Assembly (NCBI GenBank): GCA_965237525.1
Contig: CBDEFO010000004.1
Coordinates: 492,595-556,594 of the forward strand
Reading direction: 5' to 3'
Source: Candidatus Latescibacterota bacterium
GTDB taxonomy: Bacteria; Latescibacterota; CBDEFO01
Length of the DNA: 64,000 bases
Part shown: positions 39,105 to 50,046 of the stretch, one piece after another
Layout: each line of letters opens with the position of its first letter
Numbering within the stretch: position 1 is the stretch's first letter
Notes under the pieces: model-generated
What the model saw: the letters and a program-made list of their open reading frames with translations, nothing else
Databases searched by the model: none
What the model was told of the DNA's origin: nothing
Program-made: the position numbers and the translations under genes

Positions 39105-41010
39105 AGAAGAGTAAGGGCACATGATATACATCCACACGGGATAATTTTGTCTATATTTCGTCTATATTTAGAAGCCTTGTGAAAAACCCTTAGATTCAGA
39201 AAGTAGTATAGAACAAGCATTGATAAAGCAGCTCCGATGTATTATATTATGTTATTGATAATATTATACATGGAGGAAACAATGACCCCACAAAAGCAGG
39301 AACAGACAAATCCGATGTTTCACTATTTTCAGATGGAGGATTTAGTTCCCGAGGATCATATCCTTCGTCAGATTGATGAGGCAGTTGATTTTTCATTTGT
39401 ACGAGACGTTGTATCAGATTGTTATTGCCCTGACAATGGCAGACCCGGTATTGATCCTGAATTAGTTGTTCGAATGATCCTTATTGGCTATCTGTATAAT
39501 TTGAGTGAGAATCGGCTCTGTCAGGAAGTGGGGATGCATGCGGCATATCGGTTGTTTTGTCATCAGACATTTGAGGATGCGGTTCCGGATAGGAGCACGA
39601 TGCAACAAGCTTCGCAATCACAAGTGGGCATCCAGTGGGTTGTTTGAACGGATAATGCGTCAGGTAGTCCAGTGTTGCATAGATGTCGGTCTTGTGAGCG
39701 GTAAACACCTTAGTGTCGACGGCACTCAGATACAAGCTGATGCTTCAGTGAAAAGTATTGAGCCGATAGAACCCCCTGTTTCTCTTGATGATTATCTCAA
39801 GGGAATCGGTTTTGAAGGTGATAAGACAAAGGGTAGGTCCGGGCATCCTCAGGATAAAGACTTTCATGGTGAAAAGTGGACGAACCAAACACACCGTTCG
39901 ACTACAGACCCCGACGCGCGCTTATACAGCAAATCGAAGGGCAAAGGGGCTTTTCTCTCGTTTATGGGCCATGATCTGATCGACACAAAAAGCAGAGTAA
40001 TCCTTGAGACTCAGGGCACGCAGGCGACAGGGACAGCAGAGCCCGAAAGTGCCCTTAAGATGGTAGATGACCTTGAAACATACACCATGCCCAAAGACAT
40101 TCAGACACTTAGTGCCGATACCGGTTACGGTTCTGGTAATTTTATCGCTGATGTACTTGACCGGGGAATCATACCCCATATTCCTCTGCGAGCCGATGAG
40201 AAGATTGAACCGATTCCTACATGGAAAAACAAGACAAATCCAGCACATATTCAGGCCGAACGGGATAGAAAAGTGCGAGAGGCGAAAGCCAGAAATCATG
40301 CACGGTCTATCTCATTAACAGCTGACTACAAACTCTCCCGGAGACTCCGTAAACGCAGTGAACATATCTTTGCTGAAGCCAGGCAACAACACGGTATGGG
40401 ACGAGCCCGTTACAGAGGACCAGCCTCACTGAATGAACAGTTGAATCTTGTTGCAACAGTACAGAATCTCAAGAGGCTTGTATCTTTCATAAGAAGGGGG
40501 AAAGCGTCTATGTGTGCCCTGTCTGTCAAAGACAGTGCATCCTGTTCTTCAAACAGCTCCTATTCCTTGCTGACCAGAACTCTGATAAGACTATTTTGCT
40601 TATTCCACAGCAAAACGATACGATATGCTACTCTTTGACCCATAATCGGCGCTTCAGACGCTGCCTGGGACATAACTATTTCACAAGGCTTTTAGGTAAG
40701 GACGAAAAAAAGGGGGATAGATACCATGGAGAATCCAGTCACTTATATCGACGTCCTTGCACTTAATCCTAATCCTGTTGATGTCCGTATCAAGATGGTT
40801 CAGACTGCACAGCAATAAGCTGTCTCGTATGCTGCAAGGGCTTTTAATACAACACGCAAAAGCGTAAGAAAATGGCCCAAACGTTATCGTGAAGTCCGAT
40901 CTGTAAAAAATCTTGAAAATCACACCAAAGCACCCATAAACCCTTACTGTCCGTTGCCGCAGGAGACCACAAAGCTCATCGTAAAGTTCCGACAGATCGA
41001 TAGACTGCCG
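39105..41010 (+). mobile_element. Degenerate IS481-like 5' part interrupted by IS1182 copy 2
   Basis: 39105-39171 joined to 40696-41010 aligns with 48553-48910 (left end, LNPNPVD.RIKMVQTAQ); premature TAA near 40816. Confidence 0.85.
39172..40691 (+). mobile_element. IS1182-family insertion sequence, copy 2 (frameshifted)
   Basis: Near-identical to 2567-4085 in opposite orientation; TTAG duplication at 39168-39171 and 40692-40695; one extra G at about 39602 splits the transposase. Confidence 0.92.
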
Positions 41011-41131
41011 ACGTTCTTCCCGGCATAATTTTGATTGACAACATAGTGCGATTTTGCTAAACTGTACTGTAGAAGATACCATATTTGATCCATAAGCTGA
41101 ACGCTCCAGACAAGCCTTTTTGAAAGGAACA

Positions 41132-44035
41132 ATGGGAATGCCAGATCTATCAGATGAACTTAAAAAGAACCTGGAAGGCGAAGTCAGATTCGACAAATAC
41201 TCAAGGATGCTCTACAGCACAGATGCCAGCATATACCAGATCGAACCTATAGGAGTCGTCGTACCTAAGCATAAGGACGATGTCGTTACAGCTATGAACA
41301 TCGCCAAAGACCGGAAGGTTCCGGTCCTTCCCAGAGGAGCAGGAACCAGCCTTGCAGGACAGGCCATAGGCGAGGCCGTTATCATAGATATGTCCAAATA
41401 CATGGACAAGATATTGGAATTAAATCGGGAGGAAAGATGGGTAAGAGTCCAGCCCGGAGTCGTGTTGGACGAACTGAACGCCTACCTCAAACCCTACAAC
41501 CTTATGTTCGCACCCGACGTAGCCACAAGCGACAGGGCCAACATCGGAGGGATGATAGGAAACAACTCATCAGGAGCACACTCAATTATCTACGGCAAGA
41601 CTGTAGATTACACACAGGAACTCTCTGTTGTCCTGTCAAACGGCAAAGAGACTGTATTTAAGGGACTCTGTGAGGTCGAATTTGGAGAGAAAATGAGCCT
41701 TGAAGACCTGGAGGGACACGTATATCGCGAAGTTAGAAGGATCGCACAGGAGAACAAAGAGGAAGTTTTGAGAAGTTACCCCAAGATACTAAGGAGAGTA
41801 GGGGGCTACAACCTCGACGAGTTTATAGACAAAGTCGAAGATAGGTTATGTGACAAATTCAATCTCTGCAAGATCGTTGTAGGCTCTGAAGGCACACTTG
41901 CGACAGTGGTCGAGGCCAAAATCGGTCTGGTCGAAGTGCCTCAAATGACAGCCCTTGACATAGTCCACTTTGAAACTTTGATAGATTCTATGGAAGCTGT
42001 GGAGACGATCCTCGACTCGGCTCCTTCGGCCGTGGAACTTGTGGACAAGACCCTCTTAGATCTGGCCAAGGGGTCGCTCGAGTTCTCGAGGAGGAGAACC
42101 TTTGTGCAGGGCGACCCTGGAGCTATCCTCATCGTGGAGTTCTATGGGACATCCCAGGATGAACTGAAAGATCAACTCGACGACCTAGAAGGTCGTCTCA
42201 AGAGCAAAAATATGGGGAGCGCCTTCATTAGAGCCATAGATCCCCAAGAGCAGAGTAACGTATGGAACGTAAGAAAGGCAGGACTGGGACTCTTTATGAG
42301 CATGAAAGGCGACACAAAGCCTATTCCGTTTGTGGAGGACACCGCAGTCTCACCCGAAAAGCTCCCCGACTATGTAAGGAAATTCGATAAGATAATAGAA
42401 AAATACGGAACCACCTCCGGTTACTACGCGCACGCCAGCGTCGGTTGTCTACACATCCGCCCTTTGATAAACCTTAAGGACAAAGAACAGATAGAGAATA
42501 TCAGATCCATAGCAGATGAGATAAGCGACTTGGTGCTAGAATTCGGAGGCTCGATGAGCGCGGAGCACGGAGACGGTCTGGCCAGAAGTTGTTGGAACCA
42601 GAAGATGTTCGGACCGGCACTTTACGGGGCCTTCAAAGAGGTCAAAGCCGCCTTCGACCCGGACAATATCATGAACCCGGGTAAGATTGTATATGCAGAG
42701 GACATGAACGAAAACTTGAGATTCGGAGCAGATTACAAGACCATTCAGGTAGAGACATACTTCGACTTTTCAGCCGACGGCGGATTCGACCTCTCCGTGG
42801 AACTCTGCAATGGCTCGGGGGCTTGCAGAAAAAAGATAGACGGGACGATGTGCCCTTCATTTATGGCGACCAAGGAGGAAGAACACTCCACAAGAGGGAG
42901 AGCAAACGCCCTCAGGGCTGTCCTTTCGGGCAGATTTCCCCACGAGGAGTTTACGTGCAAAAGGCTCTTTGACGTCCTCGACCTGTGCCTGGAGTGCAAA
43001 GGATGTAAAGCCGAGTGTCCCTCAAACGTTGACATGGCCAAGCTCAAATACGAATTCTTGGCCCACTACTACAAAAAGAACGGTCTCCCTTTGAGAAACA
43101 GGCTCTTCGGAAACATCGCTGCCCTGGGTCGATTTGGAAGCACCTTTGCTCCTCTTTCCAACTGGATAGCAAAGAGCTATCCCTCCAAATGGGCAATGGA
43201 GGTGCTATTCGGAATCGATAGCAGGAGAGATCTACCTCCCTTTGCTTCAAAGACCTTCTCAAAATGGTTTGACGATGGAAAGTTCCACACGTCAGGAGAG
43301 AAGAGCCAGAAGCGGGACCTGGGCACAGTTGTACTCTTTAACGATAGCTTTATGGAGTATAACTATCCCGAAATCGGAAAAGCGGCCGTCTATCTTATGC
43401 AAAGAGCAGGTTTCAGGGTGATTCTTCCTCAAAAGGTCTGCTGTGGCAGACCCATGATATCCAAAGGAATGACAGACAAAGCCATAGAAAACGCCGAGTA
43501 CAACGTCTCCAGTCTCTACGACTACGTCCAGAAGGGCTACAAGATAGTCGGATGTGAACCCAGTTGCGTCTCAGTCATAAGGGACGACTATCTGGACCTT
43601 GTAAAGGACCAAAAGGCCAAAGAGGTCGCTCGGAACACCTATATGATAGAGGATTTCCTCAAACTCCTGGTGGATGAAGGGGAACTCGACATTGAATTCA
43701 AAGACATAAAGAAAAAGATACTCCTCCATGGACATTGCCACCAGAAGGCCCTCATCGGATCAGGGCCCTCCATAGAAGTCCTAAGTCTTCCTCCCGGATA
43801 TGAAGTATTGGACGCCAACTCCGGCTGCTGCGGTATGGCAGGCTCCTTCGGCTACGAGAAGGAGCACTACGACATTTCAATGAAAATTGGGGACTTGGAT
43901 CTCTTCAAGACTATCGGCCAGACGCCTCCTGATTTCGAAATAGCTGCGTCCGGAATGTCCTGCCGCCATCAGATAGAGGATGGAACGGGAAGAAAAGCCA
44001 GACACCCTGTGGAAATATTGGCAGATGCGCTGTAA
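41132..44035 (+). CDS. FAD-linked oxidase with 4Fe-4S and CCG domains (GlcD/GlcF fusion, YdiJ-like)
   Basis: YSTDAS, RGAGTSLAGQ, GSEGTL, EHGDG, CNGSGAC...MCPS, CLECKGC...CP and CCG motifs. Confidence 0.92.
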   Translation: MGMPDLSDELKKNLEGEVRFDKYSRMLYSTDASIYQIEPIGVVVPKHKDDVVTAMNIAKDRKVPVLPRGAGTSLAGQAIGEAVIIDMSKYMDKILELNREERWVRVQPGVVLDELNAYLKPYNLMFAPDVATSDRANIGGMIGNNSSGAHSIIYGKTVDYTQELSVVLSNGKETVFKGLCEVEFGEKMSLEDLEGHVYREVRRIAQENKEEVLRSYPKILRRVGGYNLDEFIDKVEDRLCDKFNLCKIVVGSEGTLATVVEAKIGLVEVPQMTALDIVHFETLIDSMEAVETILDSAPSAVELVDKTLLDLAKGSLEFSRRRTFVQGDPGAILIVEFYGTSQDELKDQLDDLEGRLKSKNMGSAFIRAIDPQEQSNVWNVRKAGLGLFMSMKGDTKPIPFVEDTAVSPEKLPDYVRKFDKIIEKYGTTSGYYAHASVGCLHIRPLINLKDKEQIENIRSIADEISDLVLEFGGSMSAEHGDGLARSCWNQKMFGPALYGAFKEVKAAFDPDNIMNPGKIVYAEDMNENLRFGADYKTIQVETYFDFSADGGFDLSVELCNGSGACRKKIDGTMCPSFMATKEEEHSTRGRANALRAVLSGRFPHEEFTCKRLFDVLDLCLECKGCKAECPSNVDMAKLKYEFLAHYYKKNGLPLRNRLFGNIAALGRFGSTFAPLSNWIAKSYPSKWAMEVLFGIDSRRDLPPFASKTFSKWFDDGKFHTSGEKSQKRDLGTVVLFNDSFMEYNYPEIGKAAVYLMQRAGFRVILPQKVCCGRPMISKGMTDKAIENAEYNVSSLYDYVQKGYKIVGCEPSCVSVIRDDYLDLVKDQKAKEVARNTYMIEDFLKLLVDEGELDIEFKDIKKKILLHGHCHQKALIGSGPSIEVLSLPPGYEVLDANSGCCGMAGSFGYEKEHYDISMKIGDLDLFKTIGQTPPDFEIAASGMSCRHQIEDGTGRKARHPVEILADAL

Positions 44036-44040
44036 AGGCA

Positions 44041-44108
44041 GTAGGGGCAGATCCACCTGTCTGTCCCGAGACTACAATTAACTGGGCGAACACACGGGTT
44101 CGCCCCTA
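44041..44108. repeat. GTAG-type REP-like doublet
   Basis: GTAGGGGCAGATCCACCTGTCTGTCCC...GGGCGAACACACGGGTTCGCCCCTA; homologous to 1477-1537; between convergent genes. Confidence 0.7.
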
Positions 44109-45212
44109 TTTACATATAGAGAACCTACCTATTTCCTGACCCAGCTTACTTAATCTCATAAAACCTGAGCGGATAAGCTTGACTTCCACTCTATTTTCAA
44201 TTGGACTCTTTACCCAAAGCCGTCCCTCTTCAAAATCGATTTCCTCAATTATGCCCACGGCCAACGTTCGATCGTGTCCGTCGTTGAGTCCCACAATGAG
44301 ACCTTCAAGATCGCTCTTACCAACGATGCATATGCTCTGGCCAAACCGGGCCTCTATGCGATATATCTCATCTTTCGAATAATCCGAAGATACGACAATA
44401 AAAAGACATCGTACATCTTTCTCAGCGTAGACTACGCGAGTATCTAGTGTATCTGATAGAAAATTCAGATCGTTCGCTGAAAGTCCGCCTCCAAATGACA
44501 GAGGTGTCCCCGTAATCTGAACCTCCTTTCTTTCAAACTCCACAGTCCTGGCGTCCTTGAAATACCTCCCAAACTTCCCCTCTCTGTGAGCCTTCCTCCT
44601 CTCCATCGACCTTTTTGAGACATCAGGAGAAACCGAAAGCCTTATGATCTTCATATCCCCCCTTTTGTCGTAGGGACGCAAGATATGTTCGACTTCATCC
44701 TCCCTTTGAAAAGCTACGATATAGTCAGGGGACAGCATGTCGATCTTATGAGACTTCAGCCGCATTGCATGGTCACCCCAGACCAGACCAGTCGTATCCA
44801 GGAGGATCGCATCCGCCCCCATCTTTAGGGCCTCATCTGAAAGTCTCCGCAGTCCTGACACAATCTCCAAGGTGTGTCCCAGAGGAGAGGTATCACCCAC
44901 AAAATAAGAGACATCTGGCTTTATATCGGACATATCCCCCGAAATACGTACGATGAATGCAAGACTTACCGTAGTCGGGAGCCATACCGTCTTTTGACCT
45001 ATATCTGCATCTATGTAAGCTATCCTTAACCCTTCAGAATACGACCTTTCAATCAGGAACTTCGCAAAGGTAGTCTTGCCCACATCTGTCGCGCCCAAGA
45101 GCATTGTCAATCCGCCCGGAGTAGAGTCCTTGCAGACCGCCGTTCGAGCTTTTGACAGGATCTCTTCAGCAGTTCTGTTCCATTCTGGGGGATATTGCAT
45201 CTTCGGATTCAT
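44106..45212 (-). CDS. Clp1/Nol9/Grc3-family polynucleotide 5'-kinase
   Basis: GATDVGKTT Walker A, DADIGQ, FVG.TSP, DTTG, RS.ERRK..RE..F..YF. Confidence 0.85.
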   Translation of the reverse strand: MNPKMQYPPEWNRTAEEILSKARTAVCKDSTPGGLTMLLGATDVGKTTFAKFLIERSYSEGLRIAYIDADIGQKTVWLPTTVSLAFIVRISGDMSDIKPDVSYFVGDTSPLGHTLEIVSGLRRLSDEALKMGADAILLDTTGLVWGDHAMRLKSHKIDMLSPDYIVAFQREDEVEHILRPYDKRGDMKIIRLSVSPDVSKRSMERRKAHREGKFGRYFKDARTVEFERKEVQITGTPLSFGGGLSANDLNFLSDTLDTRVVYAEKDVRCLFIVVSSDYSKDEIYRIEARFGQSICIVGKSDLEGLIVGLNDGHDRTLAVGIIEEIDFEEGRLWVKSPIENRVEVKLIRSGFMRLSKLGQEIGRFSICK

Positions 45213-45244
45213 TGAAAACAAGTGGACAGCCAACAGGGAGAGGT

Positions 45245-45370
45245 AGTCTAAGTGAGATTGCTTCGGGGTTTCACCCCTTGCAATGACCAAAGGTCTCATC
45301 AGATCTCATTGCAAGCAAAGCGAACCGTCATCGGACCCCCGATTCAACCGGGGCGTAGCGAAGTAATCTA
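45245..45370. repeat. GTCATTGCGAG/GAGATTGC-type REP-like repeats carrying a short mini-palindrome variant
   Basis: GAGATTGCTTCG...TTGCAATGAC half, plus a second degenerate half containing CCCCCGATTCAACCGGGG at 45336-45353. Confidence 0.6.
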
Positions 45371-45411
45371 AAAGGAAGGGAGGAGATGCGCTGTCTACTA
45401 TCTTTGTTTGA

Positions 45412-46695
45412 TCACACTCTTTGTATCTTAGCGCCGAGCGCTTTGAGCTTTTCGTCTATCCTTTCGTATCCTCTATCTATCTGCCCGATATTGTGCATGA
45501 CGCTTGTTCCTTCGGCGCAGAGGCTGGCGATAAGGAGTCCCATTCCCGCTCTGATGTCGGGACTAACTACGGTCTCGCCGTGCAACTTGGAGGGTCCCTG
45601 TACGACGGCTCGGTGAGGGTCGCAAAGGATTATCTTTGCCCCCATTTCGATGAGCCTGTCAACGAAGAAGAGCCTGCTTTCGTACATCTTCTCGAAGATC
45701 AAGACCGTGCCCTCAGCCTGTGTAGCGACCACGAGTGCAATGCTCATAAGATCCGGGGGGAATCCGGGCCAGGGGGCGTCGTCTATCTTGAGGATAGCCC
45801 CGTGCAGGTCGGATTCTACTTTGAGACTTTGACCTGCGGGGACAAGTATGTCGTGGCCTTTTACTTGAACCTGGATTCCGAGGCGCTTGAAGATCATCAG
45901 AGTCATTCTCATGTGATGAGGGACAGCGCCTTTTATGAGTATCTCGCTGTCAGTGACAGAGGCAAGTCCTATGAAGCTCCCTATCTCCTGATAGTCGGAT
46001 TCTACTGTGTGAGTTCCGCCGCCGAGCGAGTCTGTGCCCTCGACTGTGATGGTGTTGCTCCCTATGCCCGATATTCGGGCTCCGATCATGTTGAGGAAGC
46101 AGCAGAGTTCCTGGACGTGCGGCTCTGATGCAGCGTTCCTTATGATAGTCTCTCCTTTTGCGGTCGAAGCCGCCATAATTGTGCTCTCTGTGGCGGTGAC
46201 GCTCGCCTCGTCAAGGAGAATGTCCGCTCCTTTCAGACCGTTGGGGGCCTCCATGTCGTAGAAGTAATACGAAGGCTCTATCCGAGCTCCCATCTGTCTG
46301 AGGGCGAGGATGTGGGTGTCTATCCTGCGGCGACCTATCTTATCGCCTCCGGGACGTGGAAGTCTGACTCTGCCGCATCTTGCAAGCATGGGGCCAGCTA
46401 ACGTTACGGATCCCCTGGCAAGTTCGCAAAGCTCTGGGTCTAACTCGGTGGCATCTATGCTCTTAGCCCGCACGGTGACACGGTTTTGCTCTTTCCGAAA
46501 AGATACCTCCACGCCTATCTTTTGGAGAATAGATATTATAGTCCCAACGTCTCTTATGCGGGGAACATTGTCCAAAGTCACCTGCTCATCTGTCAGAAGG
46601 CAGGCGGCCAAGATAGGCTGTGCCGAGTTTTTGTTCCCGCTGGGAACCACAGTTCCCTTCAGGGAATGGCCACCCTCTACTATGAGCCTTTGCAT
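45412..46695 (-). CDS. murA: UDP-N-acetylglucosamine 1-carboxyvinyltransferase
   Basis: [48 protein letters not shown] and IDRGYE motifs. Confidence 0.96.
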   Translation of the reverse strand: MQRLIVEGGHSLKGTVVPSGNKNSAQPILAACLLTDEQVTLDNVPRIRDVGTIISILQKIGVEVSFRKEQNRVTVRAKSIDATELDPELCELARGSVTLAGPMLARCGRVRLPRPGGDKIGRRRIDTHILALRQMGARIEPSYYFYDMEAPNGLKGADILLDEASVTATESTIMAASTAKGETIIRNAASEPHVQELCCFLNMIGARISGIGSNTITVEGTDSLGGGTHTVESDYQEIGSFIGLASVTDSEILIKGAVPHHMRMTLMIFKRLGIQVQVKGHDILVPAGQSLKVESDLHGAILKIDDAPWPGFPPDLMSIALVVATQAEGTVLIFEKMYESRLFFVDRLIEMGAKIILCDPHRAVVQGPSKLHGETVVSPDIRAGMGLLIASLCAEGTSVMHNIGQIDRGYERIDEKLKALGAKIQRV

Positions 46696-46784
46696 CTGTT
46701 CCTGTGTACGCAAACGATTTGCCCTAACGTGCGTTGTTGTATGGGCGGGTTAGTCCTGCCCCTGCATTCATGAGTTATAACAAG

Positions 46785-47078
46785 TTACTGGTTGTCGATC
46801 TCTTTGGACAACATTTCAGAAAGTCGAATAAGCCTTCCTTCCGTCGGATTTGGAGTTTGTGATTTCTTCTTTTTCTCCTGGAAGAGTTCGTCCGCTATGT
46901 TAAGAGCCGCAAAGACGGCTATCTGGAGGTCTGAGCGTCCGACGCTCTTTGCGGAGACCTCCTTCATCTTCTCGTCCACGTATTGGATGACCCTCTTTGC
47001 GTACTCTTCAGATTCCGATGTACTTATAGAGTAAGACACGCCGTATATGTTTAGTTCGACCGTTCTGTCCTGTGTCAT
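46785..47078 (-). CDS. zapA: Cell division protein ZapA
   Basis: VELNIYG..Y, YVDEKM, AVFAALNIADEL. Confidence 0.9.
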   Translation of the reverse strand: MTQDRTVELNIYGVSYSISTSESEEYAKRVIQYVDEKMKEVSAKSVGRSDLQIAVFAALNIADELFQEKKKKSQTPNPTEGRLIRLSEMLSKEIDNQ

Positions 47079-48448
47079 CTTAATTTTCTCAGTCTATCTT
47101 TGATGCTTTTGCACAAAAGTTCGGCTTTTTTTCTTTGTGGGGCTTCGGATATGAGGCGGAGCACAGGTTCGGTATTTGATGCTCTGACGTGGAGCCACCA
47201 ATCTGGTCCCATAACCTTAACCCCGTCTGTGTGATCCATGTGTTCTTTGGAATAGATCTGCTTTACTAAATGGAGCGCCTCCGATGGTTCTTTGGTCCCA
47301 AGATCCAGTTTTTGTTTGAGCATAACGTACTTCGGGATGGAAGATGCAAGATCTGAGAGAGTCTTTTCAGATTGGGCTAAATAGCTCAAAATTAACGCCG
47401 TGCCCAGAGGAGCGTCTCTCCCCAGATGAAGTGCAGGGAGCATAACACCTCCGTTGCCCTCACCTCCTACGACGGCATCTACCGTTTGCATCTTTTTTGC
47501 CACGTTGAGCTCTCCGACGGCTGATCTGTGCACCTTTGTGCCTAATTCAGCGGCAATATCGTCTAACATGCGGCTCGTAGATAGATTGGCGACCACTGGA
47601 CCTTTCTTCTTTGTCAATACAAATTTTACACAGAGAGCTAACGTATATTCTTCGCCGATAGCCTCCCCCTTTTCCGATACAATGGAGAGTCGGTCGGCGT
47701 CAGGATCGTTCGCAAATCCCACATCTGCACCATATTCTCCCACGGCTGTAGAGAGTTGTCCAAGACTCTCAGGAACAGGTTCGGGATCGTGAAGGAAGAT
47801 CCCATCAGGCTTTGAGTTCAGTTCGATCACTTCGCATCCGAGATGTCTCAGAAGGAGTGGGCTTATAAGGGAACCTGCCCCGTTGCAGCAGTCTATCGCT
47901 ACTTTGAACCTTCTCTCTCTTATCTTCTGAACATCCACAAGATCGAGTGAGAGTATTTTATAGATGTGTTCTTTTATGAAGCAGCTGGCAGCTTTGACGT
48001 GCCCTACTTTTTCCCAGTCCGGGGGAGGAACCTGGTATTTTTGGAAGAGATCTGCAAGTCTTCTGCCTTTTTCTTTATCCCCGATTGAATCTATCGGGGA
48101 TAAGAATATGCCGTCTGGACCTATGAATTTGAGTCCGTTCCACTCGGGGGGATTATGACTTGCAGTTACCGCTATTCCTCCCTGGAAGTCACCGTCCTTA
48201 ACGGCCAACTGAATTGTGGGGGTGGGACAAACTCCTGCATCTGTTGCGTCTGATCCTGTCCAGAGGAGGCCCGATATAGCGGCATATCTGAGCATATCTC
48301 CCGACGTCCTGGTATCCCCTCCCACCAGCACGTTTCCTCCCTCACAGATCTTTCCGAAGCCGGCGGACATCTCAAGAACATCCTTGGGAGATAGCCCCTG
48401 TCCTACTATGCCTCTTACACCTGAGACTCCTATGATGACCTTTTCCAT
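47075..48448 (-). CDS. glmM: Phosphoglucosamine mutase / phosphohexomutase
   Basis: SGVRG, TASHNP, DPDADR, GGEGNGG and RASNTEP motifs; substrate specificity not certain. Confidence 0.8.
   Translation of the reverse strand: MEKVIIGVSGVRGIVGQGLSPKDVLEMSAGFGKICEGGNVLVGGDTRTSGDMLRYAAISGLLWTGSDATDAGVCPTPTIQLAVKDGDFQGGIAVTASHNPPEWNGLKFIGPDGIFLSPIDSIGDKEKGRRLADLFQKYQVPPPDWEKVGHVKAASCFIKEHIYKILSLDLVDVQKIRERRFKVAIDCCNGAGSLISPLLLRHLGCEVIELNSKPDGIFLHDPEPVPESLGQLSTAVGEYGADVGFANDPDADRLSIVSEKGEAIGEEYTLALCVKFVLTKKKGPVVANLSTSRMLDDIAAELGTKVHRSAVGELNVAKKMQTVDAVVGGEGNGGVMLPALHLGRDAPLGTALILSYLAQSEKTLSDLASSIPKYVMLKQKLDLGTKEPSEALHLVKQIYSKEHMDHTDGVKVMGPDWWLHVRASNTEPVLRLISEAPQRKKAELLCKSIKDRLRKLR
48079..48099. repeat. 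21-nt mini-palindrome, in-frame inside glmM-like gene
   Basis: Exact CCCCGATTGAATCTATCGGGG; translated as SPIDSIGD. Confidence 0.95.
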
Positions 48449-48505
48449 AGTCTGATAGTGCTAAGAGAAGGAGATTGAAAGGTCCGATATTTTCTGCTTT
48501 GGATC

Positions 48506-48534
48506 AATATATGTCCCTGAAGGACTATTGTCAA
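48506..48534 (-). promoter_or_regulatory. Putative sigma70 promoter of glmM-zapA-murA
   Basis: TTGACA-17-TATATT. Confidence 0.65.
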
Positions 48535-48552
48535 TAGCATTCTGATAGTTCT

Positions 48553-49733
48553 AGAAGAGTAAAGACACATGGTATCCACCCTCACGGGATAATTTTGCCT
48601 ATATTTAGGTGAGGACTGAAAAAAGGAGGGTAGATTCCATGGAGAATGCTATCAGTTACAGTAATGTTCTTGTTCTTAATCCTAATCCTGTTGATCTTCG
48701 TATCAAGATGGTTCAGACTGCTCAGCTATACGGTGTCTCGTATGCTGCAAGGGCTTTTAATACAACACGCAAGAGCATAAGAAAATGGCTGAAACGTTAT
48801 CTTGAAGACCGATTCTTGAAGAGTCTAGAAAATCACACCAAAGCACCCATAAACCCTCACTGTTTGTTACCGGAGGAGATCAGAAAGCTGATTGTAAAGT
48901 TCCGACAGACCCATCCTCCTTTGGGATATCCGTATCTATTGGGTTTTCTCCAAAAACAAAATGTTCCAACTGATCAAATTCCCTTCAAGCCGACTGCCTA
49001 TGCTATCTGGAAAAAAACAATCTCATAAAGAAACGCAGGCGAAGATGGAAGAGAAAGAAACTTGTCTGCCAGTGGAAAAAGAAACTACGCCCCTTTGAAC
49101 ATATCCAGATCGATGTCAAACACCTGTGCGATATCCCCAACTACCTGAAACAACACTACAAAACAGGTGCCCAACTCCCTATGTTTGAGTATACTGCCAG
49201 AGATATCAAGACAGGCGGTCTCTTTGTAAGCCTGGCAGACGAACAGAGCCTGATCAACTCCTGCATCTTGGCCGAAGCATTACTCCAACACCTGGAAGAC
49301 CACAAGGTCTATCCACGAAAGATCCAAACCGACAACGGCAGCCAATTCGTCAATACAAAGGATGCCCTCAAAAAGACCCTCTTTACCGACCTCATCCAAC
49401 AAAGAGGCATAGAACATAAACGCATCCCACCAGGGGCTACTACATACCAATCCGATGTAGAACGCGCCCACGGCCTAATCGAATATGAATTCTACGACAC
49501 CATCAAGACTACCAACCGTGCCAACCTCTGCCGGAAACTCCAGACTTATCAATGGCTGTTCAATACCCAAAGACATAATAGCTACAAAGAATCCAAAACC
49601 CCTCTCCAGATAGCAACCGAACATACACCCACAGAAAACCTCGACCCTCAACTTTTTAACTTCCCAATCTTGATTCTTGACTCTCTTCTCTCTATCTTTA
49701 TCAAGGGTGGATACCATGTGCCTTTACCCGACA
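48553..49733 (+). mobile_element. IS481-like element, transposase split by a frameshift
   Basis: Imperfect ~30-bp IRs (GTAAAGACACATGGTATCCACCCT / AGGGTGGATACCATGTGCCTTTAC); 14-bp DR ATTCTGATAGTTCT on both sides; HTH then rve motifs QIDVK, QTDNGSQF, VERAH; frame break at A7 run 49011-49017. Confidence 0.85.
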
Positions 49734-49797
49734 ATTCTGATAGTTCTTGTGGTTCGGAAACGTGGAGTTTTCTTACGAGTTTTCAGAAAATCATTAG

Positions 49798-50046
49798 CCC
49801 GATTAATTCATAAACTTGGTGGAGTCATTGCGAGGAGCAAAGCGGCCCCCGATTGAGTCTATCGGGGAAGCAATCTCAAGGTTTTATAGTGGTCTCCTAT
49901 GAGAGCCGGAGAGTATTACAGCTACCACAGAATCGAGATTGCTTCGCCTTCAGCTCGCAATGACACCGAAGGTGGTTAAACGACATAACTATAATATAAT
50001 ACAATCCCTTAATTAATACACGGCCTTTTTTTGTGAATTATTCAGG
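49798..50046. mobile_element. MITE-like non-coding element, copy 1 (249 bp)
   Basis: TIR CCCGATTAATTCA / TGAATTATTCAGG, TTAG on both flanks, internal GTCATTGCGAG...CTCGCAATGAC pair; mini-palindrome at 49847-49867. Confidence 0.8.

Noticed and set aside
2567..40691. 35-kb composite transposon or inversion bounded by IS1182
   Set aside because: Each copy has its own duplication, and the flanks of copy 2 rebuild an IS481-like end, so they are independent insertions.
45213..45299. N-terminal extension of the Clp1-like ORF (MRPLVIARGETPKQSH)
   Set aside because: This is translation through a REP-like repeat; a downstream ATG is the likelier start.
46696..46784. 6S RNA downstream of zapA
   Set aside because: Only about 90 nt separate zapA and murA, too short for a ~180-nt 6S RNA.
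49005..49030. Programmed -1 frameshift in the IS481-like transposase
   Set aside because: The A7C run is not in the canonical X XXY YYZ phase; a 1-nt deletion is equally plausible, so it was not called.
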